Assembly: GCA_963514005.1 (NCBI GenBank)
Contig: OY740797.1
Location: 19,964,001 to 20,028,000 of the forward strand
Reading direction: 5' to 3'
Source of the DNA: Raja brachyura
Taxonomy: Eukaryota
Length of the DNA: 64,000 nucleotides
Shown here: positions 11,575-24,652 of the stretch, in pieces
How the letters are laid out: each line of letters opens with the position of its first letter
Numbering within the stretch: position 1 is the stretch's first letter
Notes under the pieces: model-generated
What the model was told of the DNA's origin: nothing
Seen by the model: only the letters and a program-made list of their open reading frames with translations
Databases searched by the model: none
Program-made: the position numbers and the translations under genes

Positions 11575-14500
11575 ATAGACAATAGCCAATAGGCAATAGA
11601 CAATAGACAATAGGTGCAGGAGTAGGCCATTTGGCCCTTCGAGCCAGCACCGTCATTCAATGTGTTCATGGCTGATCATCCCCAATCACTACCCTGTTCC
11701 AGCCTTCTCCCCATATCCTCTGACTCCGCTATATCTCGCCATATCCCCTGATCCGCTATCTTTAAGAGCCCTGTCTAGCTCTCTCTTGAAAGCATCCAGA
11801 GAACCTGCCCCCACCGCCCTCTGAGGCAGAGAATTCCACAGACTCACCAATCTCTGTGAGAAAAAGTGTTTCCTCGTCTCCGTCCTAAATGGCTTACTCC
11901 TTATTCTTAAACTGTGGCTCCTGGATCTGGACTCCCCCAACATCGGGAACATGTTTCATGCCTCTAGCGTATCCAAGCCCTTAACAATCATATATGTTTC
12001 AATGAGATTCCCTGTCATCCTTCTAAACTCCAGAGTGTACAAGCCCAGCTGCTCCATTCTCTCAGCATATGACAGTCCCACCATCCCTTGTAAACGTACG
12101 CTGCACCCCCCCCCCCCAATAGCAAAGGGACCAAAACAGCACACAACACCCCAGATGTGGTCTCACTAGGGTTCTGTACGACTGCAGAAGGACCCCTTTG
12201 CTCCTATATTCGATTCCTCTTGTTATAAAGGCCAACATGCCATTTGCTTTCTTCACTGCCTGCTGTACCTGCATGCGTACTTTCATAGACTGATGTACAA
12301 GGACCTCCAGATCCTGTTGTACTTCCCCTTTCCCAACTTGACGCCATTTATATAGTAATCTGCCTTCCTGTTTTTGCTACCAAAGTGGAAAAGTGGATAA
12401 CCTCACATTTATCCACATTACACTTCATCTGCCACGCATCTGCCCACTCCCCAATCTGTCCAGGTCACCCTGCATTCTCATAGCATCCTCCTCACAATTC
12501 ACTCTGCCACCCAGCTTTGTGTCATCTGCAAATTTGCTAATGTTACTTTGAATCCCTTCATCCAAATCATTGATGTATATTGTAAATAGCTGCGGTCCCA
12601 GCACCGAGCCTTGCGGTACCCCACTAGTCACTGCTTGCCATTCTGAAAGGGACCTGTTAATCCTTACTCTTTGTTTCCTGTCTGCCAACCACTTCTCTAT
12701 CCATGGCAGCACTCTACCCCCAAAATCATGTGCCCTAATTTTGCCCACCAATCTCATATGTGGGGCCTTATCAAATGCTTCCTGAAAGTCCAGGTATGCT
12801 GGCTCTCCCTTGTCCATTTTCCTAGTTACATCTTCAAAAAATTAGTCAAGCATGATTCCCCCTTCGTAAATCCATGCTGACTCGGTCCGATCCTGTAACT
12901 GCTAACCAAATAAGCGGCTATCTCATCTTCTATAATTGACTCCAGCATCTTTCCCACCACCGATGTCAGGCTAACTGGTCTATAATTCCCCGTTTTCCTT
13001 CTCTCGCCTTTCTTAAAAAGTGGGATAACATTAGCTACCCTCCAACCCACAGGAACTGATCATGAGTCTATAGAACATTGGAAAATGATCAACAATGCAT
13101 CCACGATTTCCTTAAGTACCCTGGGATGCAGACCATCATACCCTGGGGATTTATCAGCCTTCAGTCCCATCAGTCTATCCAACACCATTTCCTGCCTAAT
13201 GTGGATTTCCTTCAGTTCCTCTGTGACCTCAGACCCTCTGGCCACTACTATATCAAGAAGATTGTTTGTGTCATCCTTAGTGAAGACAGATCCAAAGTAC
13301 CTGTTCAACTCATATGCCATTTCCTTGTTCCCCATAATAAATTCACATTTTTCGGTCTTCAAGGGTCCAAATTTGGTCTTAACTATTTTTTTCCTCTTCA
13401 CATACCTAATGAAGCTTTTACTGTCCTGCTTTATATTCTTGGCTAGCTTATCTTCGTAACTCATCTTTTCTCCCCGTATTGTCTTTTTGGTTATCTTCTG
13501 TTGTTCTTTAAACATTACCCAATCCTCTTGCTTCCCGTTCATCTTTGCTACGTTGTACTTCTTCGCTTTAATTTTTATTCTGTTCCTGACATGCCTTGTC
13601 AGCCATGGTCGTCCCTTTCTCCCCATGGAATCTTTCTTCCTCCTAGGAATGAACTGATCCTGCACCTTCTGTCTTATTCCTAGATACAACTTCCATTTTT
13701 GTTCCACTGTCATCCCCGCTAGTGTATCTTTCCAGTCAACTTTGGCCAGCTCCTCCCTCATGGCCCCATAGTCCCCTTTATTCAACTGCAACACTGACAT
13801 CTCCGATCTACTCTTCTGCCTCTCCAATTGTAGATTAAACCTGACCATGTTATGGTCACTGCCTCCTCATGGCTCATTAACCTCGAGGTCCTTTATCAAA
13901 TGCGGTTCATTACATAACACTAAATCCAGAATTGCCTTCTCCCTGGGAGGCTCCAATACAAGCTGTTCAAATAATCTATCACGAAGGCACTCTACAGTCC
14001 CTTTCTTGGGGTCCATTATCAACCTGATTTTATCAGTCTACCTGCATGTTGAAATCTCCCATAACAACCACAGCATTACGTTTACTACATGCCAATTTTA
14101 ACTCCTTATTCAACTTGCGCCCTATGTCCAGGCTACTGTTTGGGGGCCTGTAGATTAGTCCCATTAGGGTATTTTTCCCCTTACAATTCCTTAGTTCTAT
14201 CCATACTGACTCCACATCTCCTGTTTCAATGTCACCCCTTGTAAGGGACTGAATTTCATTCCTCACCAACAAGGCAACCCCACCCCCTTTGCCCACCTGC
14301 CTGTCTTTTCGATAGGAGGTATACCCTTGAATATTCAGTACCCAGCCCTGGCCATCTTGCAGCCATGTCTCAGTAATTCCCACAACATCATACTTGCCAG
14401 TTTCTAACTGAGCCTCAAGCTCGTCCACTTTATTTCTTATACTACGCACATTCTTATACAGTACTTTGACCTCCGTATTCACTCCCCCCCCCCCCTTCGC

Positions 14501-14638
14501 AATTGGCCCTGACCTTACTCTGTTGTCCATTCTCAAGCTTTAATTCCAATTAATTCTAGAATCTATTGTGTTTTTTCCTGTAGCCACTTTCCCTTTAACT
14601 CAATCTTTATACTCCCAATTTGTCAATTATTCTCCCCC

Positions 14639-14669
<31 letters not shown>

Positions 14670-14792
14670 ACACACACTATTTAGTTTAAACCCACATGTG
14701 CAGCCCTAGCAAACCTGCCTGCCAGAATATCGGTCCCCCTCCAGTTAAGGTGTAACCCGTCCCTTTTGTAGAGGTCACCCCTACCCCAGAAG
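11575..14792 (-). mobile_element. CR1 LINE with whole degenerate ORF2 and the end of the ORF1 esterase; nested in an older CR1 3' end
   Basis: (TATTGTC)n tail at ~11575-11612. EN motifs NVRSIRNK, GITETWL, YRPP, GDFN and RT FADD. 14682-14792 reads FWGRGDLYKRDGLHLNWRGTDILAGRF (SGNH esterase DGLH). Flanks 11505-11574 and 14793-14855 are two halves of a plus-strand CR1 3' UTR. Confidence 0.93.
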
Positions 14793-15847
14793 ACTGAATG
14801 GCGGAGTAGACTTGATGGGCCGAATAGCCTAATTCCATTCCTATCACTTATGACAAGTTAAACTCATTCACAAGAGCAGTAGATTATAATTCCAGATAAG
14901 AGAAAATCGCGCTATTGAGAATAGAGAGGGGATAGGCAAACACGAATAAATTGCCACATTATTTCAAGAGCAAGAGCATACACGTGCTATGTGGCACACT
15001 CTGGCATTCACATTATTTCACTATGTCATAGGTGCATCAGTGGAAAGAATCATAAACAGTTTGCAATTTGTGCACAGTCTTGATAGTTATTAAGTTGCAT
15101 CACCATCCAGTGTGGACGATTTAATACATAGCTTTATTTGAATACAGTACAATAGATTTAATGTAAAAAAAATCTGCATATGTAAGTGACCAAGTGCTAT
15201 ACATTTCTGAAGGCCAGTCTGAAGACGGGATCCAATTCAAAAGGTCGTCTCCCCATTTGCCTCCACAGATTTTGCCTGGCTGCTGATTTCTTGCAGTTCA
15301 AGATTCCAGCACCTCCAGTCTCTTGTGACACCATATATTTTTTACGTAAATAATTCTCAGGATCTTCTGAAAATCATAATTCATCCAAGACGAATCAATC
15401 ATATTTGATTACATGACATTAGTTTTTCATCTATTTTTCTGAATAATTTCATAATGGGACGTACAGGATGAATAAAGTGACAAGTGGGCGCACTGTTTTC
15501 AGCATCCAGAACACAGTCCGCAGGAAGCTGCATAGACGGTTACTGCACATTAAGATATTTGAGACTGCCGTTGCTGGGATCATGAGAAAAACAGCAAAGC
15601 GGTGGAGGAACTCAGCAGGCGAGGCAGCATCTGTGGAGGGAATGGACAGACGACGTTTCAGATTATAACCTGATGGAATAGTGTGGATTAAGCTGGAAGA
15701 TAGCTGGGGTGGGACAAAACCTATCCAGTGATAGGTGGATGCAGATGATGGGCGAAATTGTCATGTTGAGAAGGCGGCAGCTGTACATGTAGTACGGGGA
15801 TCACCCGACCTCCGCGCGGCCCCCTCTGCTGGTTTGGTCGGGCTCAC

Positions 15848-16230
15848 CGCATGGAATCGCATGCTGGTGTGACAGACCCTTAAGAAGGGAAGGGTGTGTG
15901 TGTGTCGCGCGGGGGGAGGGGGTGGGGGTGGATCTCCGAACACGAGCGCTCAGTCCGCCAATGTTTTCTGGTGCTTCCAGTCACTACATGCTGATGCACG
16001 TACTGATTTGCTTTAGTTTTTACGTGGAGCATATGAAGTTACCAACAGTAATGTCTGGGCAAATGGAACAATCAGTGCAGAACTTCAGTGCAGAACTTAT
16101 ATCTTCTGTTCCATTGTAGGTGGCTATGCCACTGACGTCACTGAGGCGTTTTGCTCCGCCAGGCTATCATCACATGACTGGCCAATTCAATGTCATTACA
16201 AGTGTATTCAATAGCGGTGCACTTGATTGG
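15848..16230 (-). promoter_or_regulatory. Candidate promoter and first exon of an unidentified minus-strand gene
   Basis: CRE TGACGTCA 16133-16140, GC-box-like CCGCC 16156, TCACATGAC 16170-16178, CCAAT 16182 and ATTGG 16226. Locally CpG-rich. accagcATG CGA TTC CAT GCG|GTGAGC at 15862-15848. Confidence 0.4.
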
Positions 16231-17425
16231 TTGATGGGTGTCTTCGGATTTCCTTCTCTAGTTTGTGTTAACGTTAATGTATTTCGAAACAAATAATAGA
16301 AGCAAAGGCTCAGATGCATTGAAAAAGCATGGAATTTAATGAAGAGAAAATATATTGGTTGAACAACTGAATAATCGGCGTTTTTTAATCAGTCATTAAG
16401 TGACATGTTATCACGAACGGACGTGGTCATAGTTTCTTCACAATGCACCAGCAAAATTATTCACATTTGAGAACAGAAGTAAAATAAACGAACACGATGT
16501 TTAAAATTTACTACAAATGTAAACTGGCACTTTCATCCCTGCTTTCAGAAATGGAAGCGTTGGATGCTTGTTAGATGATGGCCACTTACAGCAAAACATT
16601 GCCTCGATGCAGATGAAAACGACCTGCATCCCAAGATTGTTACTATGGGAGTACGTAGTTACCTCATTAGCTTGGCTGAAAAGATCAGAAAGTAACAATA
16701 TTTCGGCCTGCACTTATTCACAGTCTACAGCTTCGATTCCCAGCTTCGCTCCTTCTTTAAAACATTATCATCTGCATAAGGTACATGTTGCTCTTTCTGG
16801 TTAATTGTTACTGCTGATTGGAGTTGAGTAACTGCAAACCGACATAATGCAACGTAGAATTTATCATCTTTAGTCTGTGAAAGTAATTTATATTGGTCAT
16901 TAGTCAATTACTCTCTGGTGGCTCAAAGAATCCGATTTTGAAACAAAATACTACCAGTCTCATAGAGAATGTATATACATATCAGGATTCATACTAATCC
17001 ATGAGACTGCACCTACGTGCAAACAAATATGGAATTGCTATCAGTAATCTGTAATGATACACGTGCACGGGAATAAAAGTGCTTTACTGCAAGTTGGGGA
17101 ACTGCTTCTAATGAGTTGAGAAAACAGTAGTTTATTCGAAAACCTTATTGCGCGCTACTGCTGGGGTGGCTTATTCTGTCTTTTAGTTTAGTTTAGTTTT
17201 AGTTTAGTTAGAGATCTGCTGATAATGCAAAGTAGAATTTTAAGATTCGCTGATGGGCCGTTTAACCTATATTCTTCATGTGGTAAATTTTACGTTGAAC
17301 CTGCCTGGACAATTGTCAGGAAATCAACGGTCGCTAGGAAATAGTTGATCATATTGTACTTTGGCTGAAATCATCCAACATTGCAGACTCTTCTTATCGA
17401 ATCCACACACAAGATTGGAAGTTGT

Positions 17426-17777
17426 TCAACCAGAGCTGAACACGTTTTTCGGCATCTGCATACAATGGTGTCTGTCTTGTGCTTCTTGTGCGTGGCGGTG
17501 GAAAGATTGATGAAAACAGGGCCGCGACCTGAACGCTCTTACCTTGACCCCATTGCATACTTGGTAGATTGAAAGTGTTATCACTGCACCCTGCTTGATA
17601 TCCCTCTGCTTCGGCACCACTACCGAATTTCGGTGAATTACCGAACGCTTGTGCTTCCGGGTCATTATCAGCTTTCGCATTTTTGTGGTGTTGTTTATTG
17701 ATGCTGGGTAGGATGATATCTTCCCGGTTCCTTCGTGTATGTACCTTTTAATTTGCCAATTGTATTTGGTTGTATCA
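17426..17777 (-). CDS. IgSF gene A, putative terminal cytoplasmic exon
   Basis: Acceptor catcttttatag| is phase-2 compatible with the 43-nt exon. Frame is open for ~116 codons (SDTTKYNWQIKRYIHEG...LSIYQVC...SSG*). An internal donor at ~17745 is also possible. Confidence 0.4.
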
Positions 17778-18330
17778 CTATAAAAGATGGACCCGGAACA
17801 TTTAATGTGATTTTTGGAAAGTGCTAAACAGGTTAAAATGAGTACGCAATCTATTGTTAATTCTGGCAATGTGGATTGGCAATCGTCGCAATTAATGAAA
17901 TGCCCCAAAATGTCAGACGATTTACACTTTTAAGGTTATGAGATTAAATGTTTCTGAGGTGCATGTGTAATTAACTTTAATTATCACAATGTGGAGTCCT
18001 TACATATATATTCACGTCAATCAACGGATAACTGCAAAAGTTCCCACATTTATATCCACCCGCTACCTTCTCTCGTGTTTACAACACTGATGCACTCATT
18101 AATGGATGCTGAAAGTAGATTCACCGGGATCTTTAAGATAGGTATTGTAGGTATTATGGAAATAAAGAGTTAACGCGAGTAGAATAGTTTATTTATCTCC
18201 TAAGACATTCTAAGATTCTAGGGATGAACACATGCCCTTTGCTGACATGTAATCCTTCTTTTAGGCACTCTAAAGTCTAAGCTCTAAAAGTCTAAAGTAA
18301 AATACTCTCTTGTTTGAAAAAAAAAAAAAT

Positions 18331-18458
18331 CTGAAGAAGGGTCTCGACCCGAAACGTCGCCTATCTCCTTCGCTCCCTAGATACTGCTGCACCCGCTGAG
18401 TTTCTCCAGCTTTTTGTGTACCCTCGATTCTCCAGCATCTGCAGTTCCTTCTTTAACA
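18331..18458 (+). mobile_element. Penelope-derived repeat with intact hammerhead core, in a gene A intron
   Basis: CTGAAGA-A-GGGTCTCGACCC-GAAACGTC-GCCTAT, then the family body. No stem I partner upstream (A-run). Confidence 0.85.
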
Positions 18459-18764
18459 CGTTATTCACCCTGTCGTATTTGCTTGTATGGCTTGCTGCCC
18501 ATGAAGGTTGTACTTTGATGCCAATCGATATTGTCGCCCAAAGTAAGAACTCGCCCGGGCACCATATGGATATTTTATGCATAACCCATTGTTATAAGGT
18601 TATGTTTTATACATTGCCTTCTCGTCCTCTTAAAGGTGTGAAACACAATGGAATGTATCATTGATTGCAACGAAACGTTATAGGCCGCAGCTGTCATGTT
18701 ATACCTTAAAATCACAATGGAAATCAAACTGGGGATGGCTATCAGAGTAGTAGTGACCTAAAAC

Positions 18765-18807
18765 CTATTTTGCGCCAAAACAATCAAGATCTGCACACAA
18801 TTGTTTC
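18765..18807 (-). CDS. IgSF gene A cytoplasmic exon 1 (43 nt, phase 1 to 2)
   Basis: tctttacag|GAAAC...AATAG|gtttta encodes GNNCVQILIVLAQN. Same length and phases as the gene B exon at 37881-37923. Donor is weak. Confidence 0.55.
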
Positions 18808-19076
18808 CTGTAAAGATTTGGAACTGTGATGATGGTAACAAGTTGCAAATCATGAACAATAACCGATGGATACAACAAAAATATACAATGATTGAAATAT
18901 TGACATGGGAAGATGTAAGATTTATATCTTGAGATTTAATTTTGTCATTGTTAATGGTCAGCTTTATTCTCAATTGTTTTATTGTTTTTCAATCGAATAC
19001 GATGAACTGCCCTTGGTTTTTTTAAGCATAATTATGATTAAGACAGAGAATACTGTAAAATGTGTATAATTCTCAC

Positions 19077-19175
19077 CATTTTGTGCCTTTACTTGGAGTC
19101 TTATCAAGATAATGGCCAAAACTAAAATTGCCAAGCCACCCACTGCGCATCCGATAATTAGGTTTTTATCTGCGT
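19077..19175 (-). CDS. IgSF gene A transmembrane exon
   Basis: ag|...|gtgaga, 99 nt, DADKNLIIGCAVGGLAILVLAIILIRLQVKAQN. Homologous to the gene B TM exon. Confidence 0.88.
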
Positions 19176-19456
19176 CTTATGGATCAAGAGAAACCGGGAA
19201 AAAGTGAAAGATATAACATACAGAAATATATACACATTTAGGAATTTAGCGATAACACAGAACACGTCAATGGTTTAATAGCCTTTGAGCTTCTTGCTCC
19301 ATGATTGATTTGCGATTTTGAAACACTGATCTCTCATTACGAATAAACACGGGTCGTATCTAGCCATTGTTCCCGTGTTTGAGCAGCTGTATATTTAAAT
19401 TCTAACCAGGTTGGACATATACACCCGCTCTTGGCTGCAAGTACTGACAATCTTAC

Positions 19457-19752
19457 CTGTTTTGACGATGTAGCTGAGAGCTGTTGGCACCTCAAGGGAA
19501 ACATGAGATACCAAGCAGGTGTAAACGGCGTCGCCCCAAACAAGTTTAATTTCTTCCAAAAAATGGAAACCTCATACAATCCGTCTGAGCTTCTATTTTT
19601 TAGCGTTTCTATTCCGGTCAGAATTTCTTCGTTATTTCTCCGCCAGGAGATTTCTATTTTTTCCGGATAAAATCTCGCCGTTTTACATACAAGTTTCCGA
19701 GACTGCGATGAAGTTCCTTTAACCGGAATGATTTTCAACGGAGTTGGGGGAG
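19457..19752 (-). CDS. IgSF gene A C1-set exon with a 1-nt frameshift at ~19558-19563
   Basis: APPTPLKIIP...KLVCKTARFYPEKIEISW...DGLYEVS, then in a shifted frame FLEEIKLVWGDAVYTCLVSHVSLEVPTALSYIVKT. 296 nt where 297 is expected. Canonical ag/gtaaga. Confidence 0.9.
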
Positions 19753-21000
19753 CTTCAACAGAGAGACAAATATATTATGTATTTTGTTTCCTTGGAATGG
19801 ACGTTTACTCGTTTGTCTCACTTGAGAATTGTATCACAATGTTATTATGACGAGTTAAAGCGCTATTGTTTCAACCGTTTTAAGTTATCCTATTGTTGTA
19901 AACTGCTTTCCCGTCGACAGGAAAGTGACGGGGTAAATTAAAAGCACGAAGAATGCGAGTCTACGAACTAGTGACCTAGAGTGGCGCCGCTGCTCTAAAT
20001 AGGAATATAAGACTTAACGCAAGCGAAATTGGTATCAGACATTTGTGTTTCCCTCAAAATGAGGTGGTTTGTCGAGCTGTTTTAATTTCAGAGATTGCCA
20101 CGGGAACAAAATGAAAATTTCACAGCTGTCTATAATCTAGTTGTGATGTGCGGATGAACGCTGGGTCCTTGCGAGTGTTTGGGCAATACAGTATTTTAAT
20201 GCGCGGTATGGAGGTTGACGAGGGTACAAATGTCATCAGGATAAATGTTTCCCGAACGCGAAGGGAATACTGGAATGTTTCTCAATGTGGGGAAGTGTCA
20301 TACTGGAAGTTGAGCGTCGCTAAATAAATCATCACACGCACTAAAGTGGGGGAACTGAACATGCTCCTTCCTCCATGTTGGAAGAACTCAGCAAATTGGC
20401 CAGCATCTGTGGAGGCATTGGGCGGGTGACATTTCCGGTCGGAACCTTTCTTTGGAAAAAGTTGTTCCAGTACTTTTTTTTAGCACCAGGATAAAAACAA
20501 CTTTCGTTTCTTGCTTGAAAACTACCACACACATCTGCCCAGTATGGACATTTGCGAAAATATTCCATTCGCAATTTGAGGCCGCGTATCCAAAAATATG
20601 CAAATGCAATTCTAACAACATTTCAAAATCAGCACTTGGGATTTAAAGCAGATTCGAATATTATCGCGATAATTCTAGACAGTAACACAGAATTGTGTAA
20701 TGTGAGTCGACAGGGCTACGTCAACTTTGATGCAAAAATGACCAGGAGAAAAACGAAGAGGCAAGCAGGACAAACTACTTTCCACGCGACGGATTCAATC
20801 TGACCTGTTGAATATTCCCAGTATCTACTGGTTTACCTGAGTCTTGCACCCTCTGTATCAATTTATTTCCGAGGTACAAATTGAATTCGGCGTCGCATGG
20901 CTCTTATTGAGTACTATTATTTTCATTTTCTCGCGATCACTGAGTTTTATCTCCATGGTATGGGGATGATAACATGGACTTCCACTGTAAGGATACTTAC

Positions 21001-21306
21001 CGAATACAGATAGCAGCGTGCCACTTCCATTTCCGATAGTTTGTTGCTGCTGTTTGATATAACAATAATACTTCCCGGAGTCTGCGACACTCAAATTCAG
21101 CAGAGTAAACGAACCGCTGGCCTTGTTTACATGAAATTGCTTTCTGCTGTCTGGCCCGATGAATGCATTCTCGCTCTCTCTCCACCAGTAGACGTCAGGA
21201 ATAACTTGTAATATGTGATATTTGCAGAACATGGAAACATTTCCACCTACGGCTTCATGCAAAACAATCGGGAATTGTTCCACCTTGCTTGACGATACTA
21301 TGGCGT
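21001..21306 (-). CDS. IgSF gene A V-set exon (germline-joined VJ type)
   Basis: 306 nt, phase 1-1, cag|...|gtaagt. VEQFP...NVSMFC...VYWW...SFTLLNLSVADSGKYYC...GNGSGTLLSVF. Confidence 0.93.
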
Positions 21307-21508
21307 CTGCCAAAAAAAAGGAAGATCAGGGGAAGTTGTTGTTTAAGGTGATAAAATGCAAAAATAAAACACAAGAGACATAAAATACAGAAGTAAAATT
21401 AAGATCCAACATAAATCGAGTTCGACAGAGATTACAATCAAATGTGTAGTGCCTGATCAAGGTGACATTTTCCAAAGTAAGATTTTGTATTCAAGAAAAT
21501 AAGCGTAC

Positions 21509-21563
21509 CTTGCCAAAGTATACTCAGGAAAGCCATGTAGCTAACTGCAACCTCCGCAGACAT
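21509..21563 (-). CDS. IgSF gene A leader exon
   Basis: 55 nt, MSAEVAVSYMAFLSILWQ+G|gtacgc. Same size and phase as the gene B leader. Confidence 0.85.
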
Positions 21564-24500
21564 ACTAGAGAGAGAATTTACCACAGCAAAAGAAAATGGT
21601 GTCCTCAAAGAGTGTTCAATAATTAAGATTTCATTACTGTATGTATAAAAAGCATGCGGTGCCCACAACGGACATCACATGACAGTACATTTCTGCTTGG
21701 TCGAAATAAGATGTCAGGGTTAGGTCTCCTCCCACCGACAATCAAGGGATGCCACTTAACACTTGGTCATTAAAAGATGGCTGCAGACCTTCTCGACGAA
21801 GCTGCCATGCAATCTAGGGAGAGGAACAAAAATAAGAACAATCTGTGCAGAAAACACTTTCTTGTTATGGGATGCTGGCTCGAAGGACCGAATGGCTTAC
21901 TCATGCACCTATTTTTCTATGTTTCTATGCTGATCACAATGAAGAGAGATTTTAGGGATCAGGCCGCAAATTATTTTTTGAAAAGCATAATGAAGACGCT
22001 AACACAAAGGTGTGAGAATCAATGCAGGTTAATCGATGCCTTATGATTCGGCGGAGTGTTGCCTCAGTGGCAGCGTTTCTGTTAACCAAAGGGTTATGAT
22101 GTCTTGCCCCATTCCAAGGACTGCAATAGGGCGATATTGTATTCAACAATGGAAGACTTGCTGTGCTTCCAAAAGTTAGTCAAAATCGTCTGTATTGCGG
22201 CTCAATAATAGCAAATATTTATATTCCAGCCAACATCGAGATGAATTGATGACTTACACGGTGATATTCGACAGCTAAGCACGAAGTCTTCCCATTGCGT
22301 TAATGACGAGATTGAGTACATTCATGAACAATCTAATTGTCAATAAACACGCCAAGGAACTCGGGGTATGGAATGGTTGACATTAAGACTTTCAAGCATT
22401 AAACCTGGATTTTTCTTTGCGCAATTATATATTGGAAAATGTTTAACTTATGTTTTTAAAAGTTTATAACTGATTAATCTACAGTTCAAATATGTTGATA
22501 TATTTTTTAAAGTGCATTAAAAATAATTGTTTTGCCAGTTTGACCAAACCTGTGAATTGGCTGTCAGATTACTTTTGCATATATAAATTGGGTATTTTGG
22601 CCAGGTTTCTAGATCTCCGTTTACCATATCTAGCTGTTACAGTGTGTAATGACTGATTAGCGGCGAATTTCCCAAATGATCTCCGCAGTCTCGCATCAGG
22701 AGAACTGGTAGAGTTCGTTTTGCTGTGCTCCTGTTAACAAGGTCACTAGCGAGCCCTGTTCTATTGCTGCTAGCCTGAAAATGAACACCGGTGTTTGCTA
22801 TAGAAATGCTGAAGATATTAGAAACAATCTGCATAATTGGCTGCATCCTCTGAGTTCGGGAGATAAACGGGTCAAGAAGCATTCATGACTTCAATATGGA
22901 GAAACATTAAATCCGATGCACCCTGACGTGCTGATAACTTCCAGCATTCTTTTTTTTTTAATGTTTCATCGTTAGCATCTACAGTATTTTTCTTCCATCC
23001 ACCCCCCCCCCCCCCCCCGAGATACACACGCACACACACACCCCACTTCGTGTCCATCCATATATAATTTATCAATGTAGCGAAACATTATGAAAATGTC
23101 GTTCAAGCGTAAAGTCCAGGAGAATGCCAGTTATCACATCTTGGCAATCTGAGTAAATGTCCCTTCTCACGACTCTTCAGGCTCTAACTGATTCCGCATT
23201 CAACCAACAGTTACCAGAAATTCCTATTTTTGTCTACTGACTCCCATTTGAAACCCCTTCTGTGCTCATTTTGTTTTAGCATAGAGTGCAACATATTCTT
23301 CAGTTCTCCAAACGAAATATTACAAAACTCATATACTCAAGATCTCTGTGAATCTGTGAGTATAAATATGAAACCCGTCAAATTACGTCCAATTGAGTAT
23401 CGACTGACTTAGTAGCTGAGAATTCCACGTAAGCACAATGCAAACATTATCCGCACTTTTCGGATATTTTATGAAGTCTGTTTTTAATTTGTTACTTGAA
23501 GTATATAACATGAACATTAAATAACATCACCAAAATTCCAAAGGTAACATCAATATCTGTTTCAGTTGAAAATTATCGGCGAATTTGGGAAGCAATCCAT
23601 CCAATGACGTGACCGATCACATTCGGCTGGTAGAACAAAAGAGAACATTTTGTCCGGCATCTATTTTTGTACTGCCCGGTACAACAACAACTTATCGTCT
23701 GGTGTTCTAAGCGAGAGGTTCGCACCTGAGAAACTGGCATTCAACTGATTTCGCGATAAGTGGTTCGCATTTTTTCAAAATAACATGCCCTGGATGGAGG
23801 AAACAGAGACATTTTCAGAAATTTTTTACCAAGTAAATTAGTTACATAAAATTGCTTACCCTTGAATTGAGCGTTAAAAAACGATAAGGTGAGAAACTGC
23901 AATGTACTTGTTTGAGGCCTCAGAACCCTATAACCGCAGAGTTTCCATGACGTCTCAAGCAGATTCGCGGATGCAGTTGTTTGCTCTTGGCGTGCGTTCA
24001 CTTCTTGTAGCTCGATCTGCAAATACTTGTGGCCTGGAGTCATTACCTTGAAGTCATGAGCTTTGTTCAGAGTTATGTTTTCATATTAAAGTTGAAAATG
24101 ATTGTAATTAAGCATTGGTTGGCACAAATCACACATAGAAAGCTAAAATAAATGCGTCTCCCCAGATTACATACCTTCATCAGAATGGAACAATGTACAG
24201 CACAGCTAAATATGCACGCAATATCGCACAATAGTTTCCACACAAGTTTCATTTCACTCTGATATCATTATCGCGCCTCAGTGGTGCTTTACAATCAACT
24301 TCACAATCGGGTTTTGATTCTGAGGCGCTTAAGTTAAGTTGGGCCTCGTGAGTGAACCGCTGAATACAACACGTAGGTTTTCAGACGTACCTGAAATAAG
24401 AAAAGAAGCAAGAAGTGTTGTCAAAGCAATTTTAGGGATAGTTTAAGTCATGGCCCACCGTGGAAAAGAAATGAAAGTTGGAGACTAGCAGATTAGTTGA

Positions 24501-24652
24501 TGTACATGGTTCAGGTGTTATCCTTCCAGAGGTCTAACATTTAGCTAAATCCTGGTCCAAGACTCTCCCACTAGTGGAAACATCCTCTCCACCGTCACTC
24601 TATCCAGGTGTTTCACTATTCGGTAAGTTTCAATGGGGTTCCCTGTCATCCT

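Noticed and set aside
20858-21313. Naming the IgSF genes NCR3/NKp30, TCR or SIRP
   Set aside because: The C1 exon and lack of a TM Arg argue against NCR3; no RSS argues against TCR/Ig; a single C1 and no phylogeny leave SIRP unsupported. No symbol assigned.
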